A stretch of 45,334 nt of DNA from Clostridia bacterium (GTDB taxonomy: Bacteria > Bacillota > Clostridia > Oscillospirales > CAG-272). A program made the position numbers and the translations under genes. Position 1 is the stretch's first letter. Each line of letters starts with the position of its first letter. The notes beneath the pieces were generated by a model that saw only the letters and a program-made list of their open reading frames with translations, did no database searches and was not told where the DNA came from. Location: the NCBI GenBank assembly GCA_017619885.1, contig JAFZRM010000213.1, forward strand, positions 1-45,334, written 5' to 3'. This document shows, piece after piece, positions 1 to 9,583 of this stretch.

Positions 1-107
1 ACCCCCAACCCCCCTGTTCCCCTCCCATCCCTGATGGGGCACGCATCCGGGTTTTATACACAACCAATATTTCTACTCGCTCAGAATTTTTTAATCAAGG
101 TGGTCAT

Positions 108-2192
108 ATGAAAAACTATACCTTCAGAAAAGCCGTTCCGGTCTGGATCCCCGGACTCGAAAACGAGATGAACGTCAATCTGCTGTTGACGTCGAAGGCC
201 GGCGCGGACGCGCGTCTGCATATCGCCGGGCACAGCAAATATCAGGTGTTCGTCAACGGCGTGCTCGCCGCGGACGGGCCCGCGAGAGCCGGACACGGCT
301 ATTACCGCGTGGACAAGCTCGATCTGTCGCCGCTCTGCAACAAGGACGAAAACGAGCTTGCCGTGATCGTCGCCGGTTACTGTACGAACAGCTTCTATCT
401 GATAGACGAGCCCTCGTTCGTCTGCGCGGAGCTGTACGACGGCGAAACGCTCACAGCTTACACGGGCGGGCCGGGGTTCGTATACGAATCATACGCCGAC
501 CGCGTCAGAAAAACGCAGCGTTATTCGTTCCAGCGCCCGTTTGCCGAGGCGTACGTACTGCCCGCACAGCGCAAGCCGGTCGCCGCGGTGCCGGTCGCTT
601 CAAAGAAATTCATCGAACGCGGCATACCGTTCCCGGATTACGATTTCACGCCGTTTGACCGCGTCGTCTCGGAAGGCGCTTTTGAGATAAAGGAACGTCA
701 GAAATATTTTGACGATCGCGCGATCTCCGCAGTCGGGCGTAAGCTGAGAGGCTTCCCGAAGGACGAGCTTGAGATCTTCATATCAAAAGACGTAGAAAAA
801 CTCGACTGCAAGCCGAATCCGTGCGACAAGCCGGCGGACGTGATCGAGCTTTGCCGTGATTCGTTCGCCGTCGCCGCGCTGCCGTCCGAGCTTACCGGTT
901 TCATACAATTCGAGATCGAGACGACCGGCGGCACGCTGTGGATCAGCTTTGACGAAATACTTATCAATGACGACGTGGATTTCACGCGCCTGGGCACCTG
1001 CTCAGCAGTCGAATACAGGCTCGGCGCGGGCACGTACAAGCTCACGGGCTTCGAGCCTTACTCGATGAAATACGCGAGATTTGCCTCGGACGCGGAGAAG
1101 ACCGTCATCAAACGCGCCGGTCTGCGCCGCTTTGAATACACGGCGAAGGAACTGCGCAAACGGCCGGATTTCGGCGACGAGGCGCTTGAGCGCGTTTACG
1201 ACGCGGCTGTGTCGACGTTTTGCCAGAATACGGTCGACATCTACATGGACTGCCCCTCGCGCGAGCGCGCCGGATGGCTGTGCGACAGCTATTTCACCTC
1301 CCGCACCGAATACGCGCTGACCGGGAAGAGCAGAGTCGAGCGCAACTTCCTCGAAAACTTCCTGATGCCCGACAGATTCCGCGTGATACCAGAAGGGATG
1401 CTTCCGATGTGCTATCCGTCGGATCACTACGACGGCGTATATATCCCAAACTGGGCGATGTGGTACGTGCTCGAGCTTGAAGAATATCTCGGAAGAAGCG
1501 GAGACGCTGAACTCGTTTCCCGCGCAAAAAAGCGCGTATACGACCTGCTCGGCTTCTTCCGCCGGTTCGAAAACAAAGACGGGCTGCTCGAGCGGCTTCA
1601 GAGCTGGGTGTTCATCGAATGGTCGAAGTCGAACGAGCTGACGCAGGATATAAACTATCCGACGAACATGCTTTACTGCCGCTTCAAAAAAGCGATCTCA
1701 GCGCTTTTCGGCGACGACGGGCTTGAAAAAGAAGCGGAAGCGCTCGCCGCGAAGATAAGAGAGCAGTCATATACGGGAAAGTGGTTCTGCGACAACGCCG
1801 TATACGACGGCGACGAAGCCAAACTGAGCGGGGAATGCACGGAATCGTGCCAGTATTACGCATTTTTCACCGGCGTCGCGACGAAAGAGCTTTATCCCGA
1901 TTTGTGGGAAACGCTCGTGACGGATTTCGGACCGTGGCGCAAAAAGAACAACAAACACCCGGAAATTTATTTCGCCAACGCGTTCATCGGCAACTATCTG
2001 AGGCTTGAGCTGCTTTTCAGAGCGGGGCTTTACGACGAGCTGCTCGACAACGTGCGCGGATATTTCGACTATATGGCGCAGAAGACCGGCACGCTGTGGG
2101 AGAACGACGGCGATTACGCCTCCTGCAACCACGGCTTCGCCTCACACGTGGCGGTATGGCTGCGCGAAATATACGGAAAAGAAGATAAATGA
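108..2192 (+). CDS. Glycoside hydrolase, alpha-L-rhamnosidase-like (GH78-type)
   Basis: 694-aa ORF with ATG preceded by AAGGTGG. The DCPSRERAGWLCDSYF motif resembles the DCPxR-ER-GW-GD signature of GH78 enzymes. No signal peptide. Confidence 0.6.
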   Translation: MKNYTFRKAVPVWIPGLENEMNVNLLLTSKAGADARLHIAGHSKYQVFVNGVLAADGPARAGHGYYRVDKLDLSPLCNKDENELAVIVAGYCTNSFYLIDEPSFVCAELYDGETLTAYTGGPGFVYESYADRVRKTQRYSFQRPFAEAYVLPAQRKPVAAVPVASKKFIERGIPFPDYDFTPFDRVVSEGAFEIKERQKYFDDRAISAVGRKLRGFPKDELEIFISKDVEKLDCKPNPCDKPADVIELCRDSFAVAALPSELTGFIQFEIETTGGTLWISFDEILINDDVDFTRLGTCSAVEYRLGAGTYKLTGFEPYSMKYARFASDAEKTVIKRAGLRRFEYTAKELRKRPDFGDEALERVYDAAVSTFCQNTVDIYMDCPSRERAGWLCDSYFTSRTEYALTGKSRVERNFLENFLMPDRFRVIPEGMLPMCYPSDHYDGVYIPNWAMWYVLELEEYLGRSGDAELVSRAKKRVYDLLGFFRRFENKDGLLERLQSWVFIEWSKSNELTQDINYPTNMLYCRFKKAISALFGDDGLEKEAEALAAKIREQSYTGKWFCDNAVYDGDEAKLSGECTESCQYYAFFTGVATKELYPDLWETLVTDFGPWRKKNNKHPEIYFANAFIGNYLRLELLFRAGLYDELLDNVRGYFDYMAQKTGTLWENDGDYASCNHGFASHVAVWLREIYGKEDK

Positions 2193-2193
2193 T

Positions 2194-3054
2194 ATGATCA
2201 CGGATTCACAGGGCAACAGATGGTATAAAGGCAATCTGCACACGCACACGACGAACAGCGACGGGGCGCGCTCGCCCGAAGAGGCGTTGCGGATCTACAA
2301 GGAGCTCGGCTACGATTTTATCGCGCTGACGGATCACTGGCATTACGGCGGCGAACGCGTCTGCGACGGCATGCTCGTGCTGTCCGGTATAGAGTACGAC
2401 CGGGCGAAGGACGGCTGTTATCACGTAGTCGGTTACGGTATGGTCTCCGATCCCGGGCTTGAGCGTGGCGCCGGCCCTCAGCAGATGATCGACGCGATAA
2501 AACGCTGCGGCGGCGTCGCGACGCTCGCGCATCCGGCGTGGTCGCTTCAGCGCCCGGATAAGATGATACTTCTGCATGGTATAGACTGCACGGAGATCTA
2601 CAATTCCGTCTCGGGATATCCTTACTCCGCGCGCCCGTACTCCGGCACGCTGATCGACGTCGCGACGGCGTACGGCTACCGCACGGTCCTTACCGCGGCG
2701 GACGACACGCATTTCTACGGCGATGAGGTCGGCCGCGGCGCCGTCTACGTAAAAGCGGACGAGCTGAGCCGCGACGCGATCGTCGGCGCGATACTTCGCG
2801 GCGACGTGCTTGCGACGACCGGACCGTTCATCAGTTGTTCGGTCGAGGACGGGTATTTCGTGCTCAGATGCGAGGCCGGATGCCGTTACGTCCAGTTCTT
2901 TTCAAACAACTATTTCAATCCCGATACGACGACGACCGGCGGCGTGGTGCGTGAGGCAAGGTTCCGCATAAAACGCGCCGACAGATTCGTGCGCGCGGAG
3001 GCGGTCGATTTCGAAGGCCGCGTCGCGTATTCTCAGTATTATTATTTACGGTAA
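2194..3054 (+). CDS. PHP-domain metal-dependent phosphoesterase (CehA/McbA-like)
   Basis: ORF-track frame 2005..3054 trimmed to ATG 2194, 1 nt after the upstream TGA; the 5' extension overlaps the previous gene. GNLHTHTTNSDG, LTDHW and LAHP motifs fit the PHP fold. Confidence 0.6.
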   Translation: MITDSQGNRWYKGNLHTHTTNSDGARSPEEALRIYKELGYDFIALTDHWHYGGERVCDGMLVLSGIEYDRAKDGCYHVVGYGMVSDPGLERGAGPQQMIDAIKRCGGVATLAHPAWSLQRPDKMILLHGIDCTEIYNSVSGYPYSARPYSGTLIDVATAYGYRTVLTAADDTHFYGDEVGRGAVYVKADELSRDAIVGAILRGDVLATTGPFISCSVEDGYFVLRCEAGCRYVQFFSNNYFNPDTTTTGGVVREARFRIKRADRFVRAEAVDFEGRVAYSQYYYLR

Positions 3055-3059
3055 GGCGT

Positions 3060-5156
3060 ATGAACAAGATTTACATCGACGTTATGACCCTGCCGGCGGC
3101 GATGATAGAGGGTACCGATCCTTTGCCGAGCTTCCGCAGGATGACGGGCTTCGGCCTGTTTTCCACGAAACCCGGCTTCCCGGAGGAGGCGAAAACAGAC
3201 CTAGGCACCTGCACGCGCACGCTGCCGTACCGCATACAGGACAGATACGGCAGAAAACGCAGGATGACTGAACTGAAGACCGTCGTGCTCGAAAACGAGC
3301 ATCTGAAGGCGACGTTCGTGCCGTCCTTCGGCGGCAAGCTCTGGTCGCTGTACGACAAGGACAACCGCCGCGAGGTGTTGATGAGCAACCCGGTCGTCCA
3401 GCCCGGGAACCTTGCGATCAGGAACGCCTGGACCTCCGGCGGCATCGAATGGAATTTCGGCTCGGCCGGTCACACTTATTTCTGCTGTGACGACGTCTGG
3501 GCGGCAATACTTACCGACCCTGACGGCGATAAATTCCTGCGCATCTACGAGTTCGAGCGTGCGAAAGAATGCTTTTTCGCAGTCGATTTCCACCTGCCCG
3601 AGGGCAGCCGTCAGCTTTTTTCGCACGTCAGACTGACCAATCCGGGCGAGGATACGACGACTTACTGGTGGAGCAACGTCGCGATCCCGGACGACGGCGG
3701 GACGCGCGTGCTGTCGTCGTCGGAGGACGTGATCGTCTTCTGCGGCGGCGCAGCTTCGTATGAAAAGCTGCCGCACCTGTCCGAGATGGACGGCGATATG
3801 TCGTATCCGCACAACGCGACGCGCAGCTTCGATTACTTTTTCCAGCCGCCCGAGGGCGTGAAGACGACGTGGGAGAGCGGAGTCGACAAAAACGGCTTCG
3901 CGTTCTACGACAGATCGACCGCGCCGCTCGTATATCATAAAATGTTCTGCTGGGGCAGTCACCGCGGCGGCATCCGCTGGCAGCAGCACCTGTCCGACGG
4001 CGACCGCGGCAGATACATAGAACTGCAGGCGGGCATCGCGCGCAGTCAGCTGCACGACAAGCCTTTTCCGGCACACTCGTCGTACGAATGGACGCAGTGC
4101 TTCGGCGGCACGTACGTCGACCCCGGCATGGTCCACGGGCTGACGCTGAGTGAAGCGAACGCGAGATTCGCGCTTCACGTGCAGGAGCTGATCCCGGAAA
4201 ATCAGTTACTCAGCCTCGATAAAAAATACGCCGCCTGCGCGCAGATAAAGGTAAAAGAAGAAAATATAGTCCACCGCGGCTCGGGCTGGGGCGCGCTTCA
4301 TCTGCGGCTCTGCCCGCAGATCTCGGTGCCGCTGTGCTTCCCCGACGACTCGCTCGGGGAGGAGCAGAGACCGTGGCTTCATCTGCTCGAGCGCGGCATT
4401 CTGCCCGGATCGGATCCGTCAGGGATCTCGGTCTCGTGGATGACGTCGGAAAAATGGCTTCGACTGCTGCAGACAAGCGTATCCGGAAAGGGCGGCGACG
4501 ACTGGGCGGCGCAGCTTCATTACGGCAACGCGCTGTTCGAGTTCTGGGACAACGCGCACACCGTGCCGACGGCGCGTTATTTCGACGGCGCCGAATATGA
4601 AAAACGCGCCGCTGAGGCGTGGAAGCGCTCCGACGCGCTCTGCCCGAACGTATGGGCGAGGCGCAACCTCGCGGTGCTGTACCGCCTGCGCGGCGAAAAC
4701 GAGCTTGCTGAGCAGACTTACCGATCCGTGTTCTCGCTGCCCGCCTCGGTCTGCGATCCGTGCTTCGCGTCCGAATATATGGGCTGGCTGATCGGCGCCG
4801 GAAAACACGAAGAAGCGCTGCGTCTGTACGAAGGGCTGCCGGAGAATATCCGCGGCGCCGATCGCGTGACGCTTCACGCGCTGCGCTGCGCCGTAAAGCT
4901 GGGCAGGGAAGTGCTGCCCGGCGGATTTGAGCGCGAATACGCGGCGATAAGAGAGGGCGAGACGTCGCTGTCCGATCTGTGGTTCGAGTATCACGCGAGA
5001 CGGCTCGCGGCTGAGCGCGGTGAGGATTTCGACGCGCTCGGCAAGGAGGAAAAAGCGGCTCTGACGGAGCGTGCGGAAGAACTTTTCCCGCCGCCGCACG
5101 GTATAGATTTCCGCATGAGCTATGACAAAAACAAAAAATACCGCGTGTCGGAATAA
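3060..5156 (+). CDS. DUF5107-like protein with C-terminal TPR-like helical repeats
   Basis: 698-aa ORF. The N-terminal half (LENEHLKATFVPSFGGKLWSLYDK...GGIEWNFG) resembles mutarotase-like DUF5107 proteins, and the C-terminal half is helical-repeat-like. Sits 5 nt after the PHP gene, so likely in the same operon. Confidence 0.5.
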   Translation: MNKIYIDVMTLPAAMIEGTDPLPSFRRMTGFGLFSTKPGFPEEAKTDLGTCTRTLPYRIQDRYGRKRRMTELKTVVLENEHLKATFVPSFGGKLWSLYDKDNRREVLMSNPVVQPGNLAIRNAWTSGGIEWNFGSAGHTYFCCDDVWAAILTDPDGDKFLRIYEFERAKECFFAVDFHLPEGSRQLFSHVRLTNPGEDTTTYWWSNVAIPDDGGTRVLSSSEDVIVFCGGAASYEKLPHLSEMDGDMSYPHNATRSFDYFFQPPEGVKTTWESGVDKNGFAFYDRSTAPLVYHKMFCWGSHRGGIRWQQHLSDGDRGRYIELQAGIARSQLHDKPFPAHSSYEWTQCFGGTYVDPGMVHGLTLSEANARFALHVQELIPENQLLSLDKKYAACAQIKVKEENIVHRGSGWGALHLRLCPQISVPLCFPDDSLGEEQRPWLHLLERGILPGSDPSGISVSWMTSEKWLRLLQTSVSGKGGDDWAAQLHYGNALFEFWDNAHTVPTARYFDGAEYEKRAAEAWKRSDALCPNVWARRNLAVLYRLRGENELAEQTYRSVFSLPASVCDPCFASEYMGWLIGAGKHEEALRLYEGLPENIRGADRVTLHALRCAVKLGREVLPGGFEREYAAIREGETSLSDLWFEYHARRLAAERGEDFDALGKEEKAALTERAEELFPPPHGIDFRMSYDKNKKYRVSE

Positions 5157-5164
5157 AAAAACAG

Positions 5165-5197
5165 ACCGGAGAAGGTAACTTCTCCGGTTTGCTTTTG
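5165..5197. terminator. Bidirectional intrinsic terminator between convergent genes
   Basis: Perfect 10-bp stem ACCGGAGAAG/CTTCTCCGGT with a GTAA loop. An A-run lies upstream and a T-rich tract downstream. Confidence 0.75.
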
Positions 5198-5207
5198 ATC
5201 TTGCCTG

Positions 5208-6974
5208 TCAGTCTCTGAAAGCCTTTCTCGGCTTGTAAGAGGTGTGCAGCAGCTCGTGAGCCAGATGCGAGTTCGGCTCGCCGAGGAACTGATCGTAAAG
5301 CGCCTTGATCTGGGGATTGTTGTGAGACTGTCTCAGAGTCTGTCTCTCGTCCTCGGAATAAAGCGCGTTCGCGCGTTTCTGCTTATAGGTATCGAGGATG
5401 TCGATATCTTCGTTGGGCAAAAACTGCGGTTTGACGTAAGGCTGTCCGCCGCCTGCGATGCATCCGCCGGGGCAGCCCATGATCTCGATGAAGTGGTAGT
5501 CGCTCTTGCCGGCGCGGATATCGTCGAGCAGGACGCTCGCGTTCTTCATGCCGTGTGCTACGGCGACCTTGACCTTCATGCCGTTGATATCGATCTCGGC
5601 GCTCTTGATGCCGTCGAATCCGCGGACCGCCTCGAACTTGATCATCTCATGCTCTTTGCCGGTGAGCGCGTGATACGCGGTACGCAGAGCAGCTTCCATA
5701 ACGCCGCCGGTGACGCCGAATATGACGCCCGCGCCGGTGTAATCGCCGACGATATCGTTGTCGAATTCCTCGTCGGGAAGCTTCGTGAACTCTATGCCGG
5801 AACGCTTGATGAGTCTGCCGAGCTCTCTCGTGGTGAGAACGGCGTCAACGTCCTTGATACCGTCTCTCTGGAGCTGTTCTCTCTCTTTTTCGAACTTCTT
5901 CGCGGTGCAGGGCATCACGGAGACGACGAACATGTCCTTGGGATCGACGCCTATCTTTTCGGCGTAGAACGTCTTCAGGATCGCGCCGAACATCTCGTGA
6001 GGCGACTTGCAGGTGGACAAATGCGGAAGCAGATCGCCGTAATGGATCTCGGCAAAGTTGATCCAGCCGGGCGAGCAGGAGGTGATCATCGGCAGCACGC
6101 CGCCGTTCTTTATCCTGCCGAGCAGTTCGGTCGCCTCTTCCATGATCGTGAGGTCCGCGCTGTAGTTGGTGTCGAACACTTTCTTGAAGCCGAGGCGGCG
6201 GAGAGCGGCGACCATCTTACCGGTGACGGGGGTGCCGATCTTCATGCCGAATTCCTCGCCGAGGGCGGCTCTGACTGCCGGAGCGGTCTGGACGACCACG
6301 TACTTGCCGGCTTTCATCGCCTCGTCGACCTTGCCTATCTCGGATTTCTCCATAAGAGCTCCGGTCGGGCATACGGTCACGCACTGACCGCAGAGTATGC
6401 AGGGAGACTTGTCGAGCGTGCGGTTCTCGGCGGGAGCGACGATCGTGTTGAAGCCGCGCTTCTCAAAGCCGAGCACGGATTTGCCGTGAGCGTTGCCGCA
6501 TCTCTCGATGCAGCGGCCGCAGAGTATGCACTTTGACGTGTCGCGCACGATCGAGGGAGTGATCTCGTCGATCGTGGTGGGAGTCTTGGAACCCTGGAAC
6601 ATATCCTCGCGGGCGCCGGTGACTCTTGCCGCGTAAAGCAGCTCGCAGTACTCGTTCTTGTCGCACTGCTGGCATTTCATGGAGTGGTTGGAGAGCAGAA
6701 GCTCTACGGACGCGCGTCTCGCGGCGGTAGCCGCGGGCGAGGAGATCGTTATCTCCATGCCTTCGTTTACGGGATATACGCAGGAAGCCACGAGGCCTCT
6801 CGCGCCTTTGACCTCAACGAGACATACGCGGCAGGAACCTCTGGAGCATTCGCCGTGATTGAAAGCGCAGAGTGAGGGGATCTGATATCCGCAGGCTCTC
6901 GCGGCTTCAAGAACGGTAAGCCCTTCTTCTACCTCGTAGGGAATGCCTTCTATTTTTATATTGATCTTTGCCAT
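5208..6974 (-). CDS. hydA: [FeFe]-hydrogenase catalytic subunit (HydA of a HydABC/Hnd-type complex)
   Basis: N-terminal 2Fe-2S ferredoxin-like domain and several CxxCxxCxxxCP motifs. H-cluster signatures TSCSPGW, MPCTAKKFE and EIMGCPGGCIAGGGQP are present. RBS AAGGGGGA lies upstream of the ATG. Confidence 0.93.
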   Translation of the reverse strand: MAKINIKIEGIPYEVEEGLTVLEAARACGYQIPSLCAFNHGECSRGSCRVCLVEVKGARGLVASCVYPVNEGMEITISSPAATAARRASVELLLSNHSMKCQQCDKNEYCELLYAARVTGAREDMFQGSKTPTTIDEITPSIVRDTSKCILCGRCIERCGNAHGKSVLGFEKRGFNTIVAPAENRTLDKSPCILCGQCVTVCPTGALMEKSEIGKVDEAMKAGKYVVVQTAPAVRAALGEEFGMKIGTPVTGKMVAALRRLGFKKVFDTNYSADLTIMEEATELLGRIKNGGVLPMITSCSPGWINFAEIHYGDLLPHLSTCKSPHEMFGAILKTFYAEKIGVDPKDMFVVSVMPCTAKKFEKEREQLQRDGIKDVDAVLTTRELGRLIKRSGIEFTKLPDEEFDNDIVGDYTGAGVIFGVTGGVMEAALRTAYHALTGKEHEMIKFEAVRGFDGIKSAEIDINGMKVKVAVAHGMKNASVLLDDIRAGKSDYHFIEIMGCPGGCIAGGGQPYVKPQFLPNEDIDILDTYKQKRANALYSEDERQTLRQSHNNPQIKALYDQFLGEPNSHLAHELLHTSYKPRKAFRD

Positions 6975-6990
6975 AATATCAAATTCCCCC

Positions 6991-8865
6991 TTAAACCTTT
7001 TCGATGGCCTTGAACTTGCAGGAAGACATGCACATGCCGCACTTGATGCACTTGGACTGATCTATGACGAACGGCTCCTTGCCGACTACGCCGGTGATCG
7101 CGCCCGTGGGGCACTGACGTGCGCACAGACCGCACTTTCTGCACTTGTCCGGATCGATGACGTACTGCATCAGGTTCTTGCAGACCTTTGCGGGGCACTT
7201 CTTATCAACTATGTGGGCGATGTATTCGTCTCTGAACTGGGTAAGGGTCGAGGTGACGGGGTTGGAAGCCGTCTGACCGAGAGCGCAGAGCGAATTCGCT
7301 TTGATCGTCTTGCTGAGTTCTTCAAGCTCGTGCAGATCGTCCATCGTGGCTTTGCCGTCGGTGATCTTCGTGAGCAGTTCGAGCATACGCTTCGTGCCTA
7401 TACGGCAGGGCGAGCATTTGCCGCAGGATTCGTCGCAGATAAAGTCCATGTAGAACTTGGCGACGTCGACCATGCAGTTGTCCTCGTCCATGACGATCGC
7501 GCCGCCGGAGCCCATCATGGAGCCGCGCGCGACGAGGTTGTCGAAGTCGATCTCGGCGTCGAGGTCTTTTTCGGTAAGGCATCCGCCGGACGGGCCGCCC
7601 GTCTGGATCGCCTTGAATTTCTTGCCGTTCTGGATGCCGCCGCCGATCTCGTAAATGAGCTCGCGAAGCGTCGTGCCCATGGGCACCTCGACCAGACCTA
7701 CGTTGTTGACTTTGCCGCCGAGCGCGAAGACCTTCGTACCCTTCGATCTCTCGGTGCCGTACTTGACGAATTCGGCCACGCCTTCGCGGAGCACGTACGG
7801 TACGGTCGCCAGCGTCTCAACGTTGTTGACTATGGTGGGCTTGCCCCACAGACCCTTTACCGCCGGGAACGGAGGACGGGGTCTCGGCATACCTCTCTTG
7901 CCCTCTATCGAGTTGAGCAGAGCGGTCTCTTCGCCGCAGACGAACGCGCCTGCGCCGAGTCTGACGTGTGCGCGGAAGCTGAAGCCGGTGCCGAGTATGT
8001 TGTCGCCCATCAGGCCGAGCTCTTCGAGCTGTTTGATGGCGATGCCGAGTCTCTTGACTGCCACGGGGTATTCGGCGCGGACGTAGAAGTAACCGTTCTG
8101 CGCGCCTATCGCGTAACCCGCTATCATCATGCCTTCGATGACGGCGTATGGGTTGTCCTCAAGTACGGATCTGTCCATGAAAGCGCCGGGGTCGCCCTCG
8201 TCGCCGTTGCAGACGACGTATTTGTCGCCGTCGCCGTTCATGGCGAACATCCATTTTCTGCCGGTCGGGAAGCCGGCGCCGCCGCGTCCGCGCAGACCGG
8301 AATCAAGGACTTCCTGAACGACGTCCTTGCGCTCCATCTGCAGCGCGCGCGCCAGACCCTTGAAAGCGCCCATGCCGAGAGCTTCTTCAACGTTCTCCAA
8401 GCCTATGACGCCCGCGCCGTAAAGCGCGATCCTCTTCTGCTTCTTGTAGAAGCCGATCTCTTCCTGTTTGCTGATCTTCTGTTTCGTTTCCGGATCCTCG
8501 TACAGAAGTCTTTCGACGATCTGTCCGCCGATGATGTCGCGGTCGAGTATCTCTTCCACGTCTTCGGATTTGACAAGTCTGTAAAGGGTGTTTTCCGGGA
8601 ATACCTTTACGAACGGGCCCTGCGAGCAGAGGCCGAAGCAGCCGACCATGTTGACGCTGACCTTGTCCTCAAGGTGCTTTTCGGCGATGAGCTCTCTGAA
8701 TTTCGCTTCGATGCCGCGGACGTTTGACGCGACGCACGCGGTACCGCCGCAGAGCATTATCGCTTTCTTGCCGCCGGTGCCGTCGTATTTGGCGGTCAGT
8801 TTCGCGGCGTTTTCGGCGTTCGCTCTTGCGAGATCTTCAAAATTTCTGATTTTTTCCATGATCAC
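6991..8865 (-). CDS. hydB: NuoF-like flavoprotein subunit of the bifurcating hydrogenase (HydB/HndC)
   Basis: GRGGAGFPTGRKW (FMN/NADH) and ESCGKCSPCRIG (N3-type 4Fe-4S) motifs, plus two C-terminal CxxCxxCxxxCP motifs. The start overlaps the hydC stop (ATGA). Confidence 0.92.
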   Translation of the reverse strand: MIMEKIRNFEDLARANAENAAKLTAKYDGTGGKKAIMLCGGTACVASNVRGIEAKFRELIAEKHLEDKVSVNMVGCFGLCSQGPFVKVFPENTLYRLVKSEDVEEILDRDIIGGQIVERLLYEDPETKQKISKQEEIGFYKKQKRIALYGAGVIGLENVEEALGMGAFKGLARALQMERKDVVQEVLDSGLRGRGGAGFPTGRKWMFAMNGDGDKYVVCNGDEGDPGAFMDRSVLEDNPYAVIEGMMIAGYAIGAQNGYFYVRAEYPVAVKRLGIAIKQLEELGLMGDNILGTGFSFRAHVRLGAGAFVCGEETALLNSIEGKRGMPRPRPPFPAVKGLWGKPTIVNNVETLATVPYVLREGVAEFVKYGTERSKGTKVFALGGKVNNVGLVEVPMGTTLRELIYEIGGGIQNGKKFKAIQTGGPSGGCLTEKDLDAEIDFDNLVARGSMMGSGGAIVMDEDNCMVDVAKFYMDFICDESCGKCSPCRIGTKRMLELLTKITDGKATMDDLHELEELSKTIKANSLCALGQTASNPVTSTLTQFRDEYIAHIVDKKCPAKVCKNLMQYVIDPDKCRKCGLCARQCPTGAITGVVGKEPFVIDQSKCIKCGMCMSSCKFKAIEKV

Positions 8866-9350
8866 TCTGCACCTCCCGCATTACGGTATTCGGCGATTAT
8901 GCCGGGGACTTCCTTGACGTCCACCTTCGGGTAGACCTTGCCGTTGATCGTGACGGCGGGGGCGATACTGCAGGCGCCTATGCAGCGCAGCGCATCGATC
9001 GTGAACATACCGTCGTCGGTAGTGCCGCCGGGCTTGATCCCGAGCAGTTCGGAAAACTTGTCGATAACGCGCTGTGCGCCTTTGACGTAGCAGGCGGTAC
9101 CGAGGCAGCATCCGATAACGTATTTTCCCTTCGGCTTAAGGGAGAAGAATGAGTAGAACGTGACGACTCCGTATATCTCCGCAACAGAGATGCCGGTCCT
9201 TTCGGAGACGATCTCCTGAACTTCCAGCGGAATATAACCGTATTCCTTCTGGATGTCCTCGAGGATCATGATGAGAGGCGTCGGTTCGTCTGCGTATCTG
9301 TCACAGATACCGTTGATCTGGGCGACAGCAGCTTCGCTTAAATGGAACAT
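8862..9350 (-). CDS. hydC: NuoE-like 2Fe-2S subunit of the hydrogenase (HydC/HndA)
   Basis: CLGTACYVKG...CIGACSIAP thioredoxin-like 2Fe-2S motifs. Start set at the second ATG (MFHLSEA), which has GGGGAG 5 nt upstream; the ORF-track start at 9368 lacks an RBS. Confidence 0.85.
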   Translation of the reverse strand: MFHLSEAAVAQINGICDRYADEPTPLIMILEDIQKEYGYIPLEVQEIVSERTGISVAEIYGVVTFYSFFSLKPKGKYVIGCCLGTACYVKGAQRVIDKFSELLGIKPGGTTDDGMFTIDALRCIGACSIAPAVTINGKVYPKVDVKEVPGIIAEYRNAGGAE

Positions 9351-9408
9351 AACAGCTCCCCTTTTCATAAGTATTTATTGTATTTGAATGCCAATACACT
9401 CAACGGAC

Positions 9409-9437
9409 ATTATAACAAATATATAATAAATTGTCAA
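9409..9437 (-). promoter_or_regulatory. Sigma-A-type promoter of the hydCBA operon
   Basis: The minus strand reads TTGACA (9437..9432), a 17-nt spacer, then TATAAT (9414..9409). AT-rich sequence lies upstream, and the promoter is about 55 nt ahead of the hydC start. Confidence 0.7.
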
Positions 9438-9532
9438 GGCATAATGCACACGGAATTTCCAACATTTTTTAAAGAATAAATTTCATTTTTGTGATATTTC
9501 GGGATCGGAGCTTTCCGGCCGGAAAAATCGGA

Positions 9533-9569
9533 TGAAAAAGGCCGGCTGAAACGAGCCGTTTCAGCCGGC
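9533..9569 (-). terminator. Intrinsic terminator after the CPBP protease gene
   Basis: Stem GCCGGCTGAAAC/GTTTCAGCCGGC (9541..9569), followed on the minus strand by CTTTTTC. Confidence 0.7.
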
Positions 9570-9583
9570 GGGGACGGGGTGCG

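Noticed and set aside
1-60. C-rich low-complexity tract (ACCCCCAACCCCCCTGTTCCCCTCCCATCCC) at the window edge.
   Set aside because: The window boundary truncates it, so there is no repeat partner or ORF context to interpret. It cannot be assessed.
5244-8727. Long antisense ORFs opposite hydA and hydB (5244..6536 and 6943..8727). Similar ORFs lie opposite other genes (3201..4178, 12825..13937, 22003..23040, 25095..26384, 38567..40264, 41032..42159 and 43536..44864).
   Set aside because: These are shadow ORFs, as expected in GC-rich coding DNA. Their translations are low-complexity and R/A/G/V-rich, with no recognisable motifs, RBS or promoters. In every case the opposite strand encodes a protein with clear family signatures.
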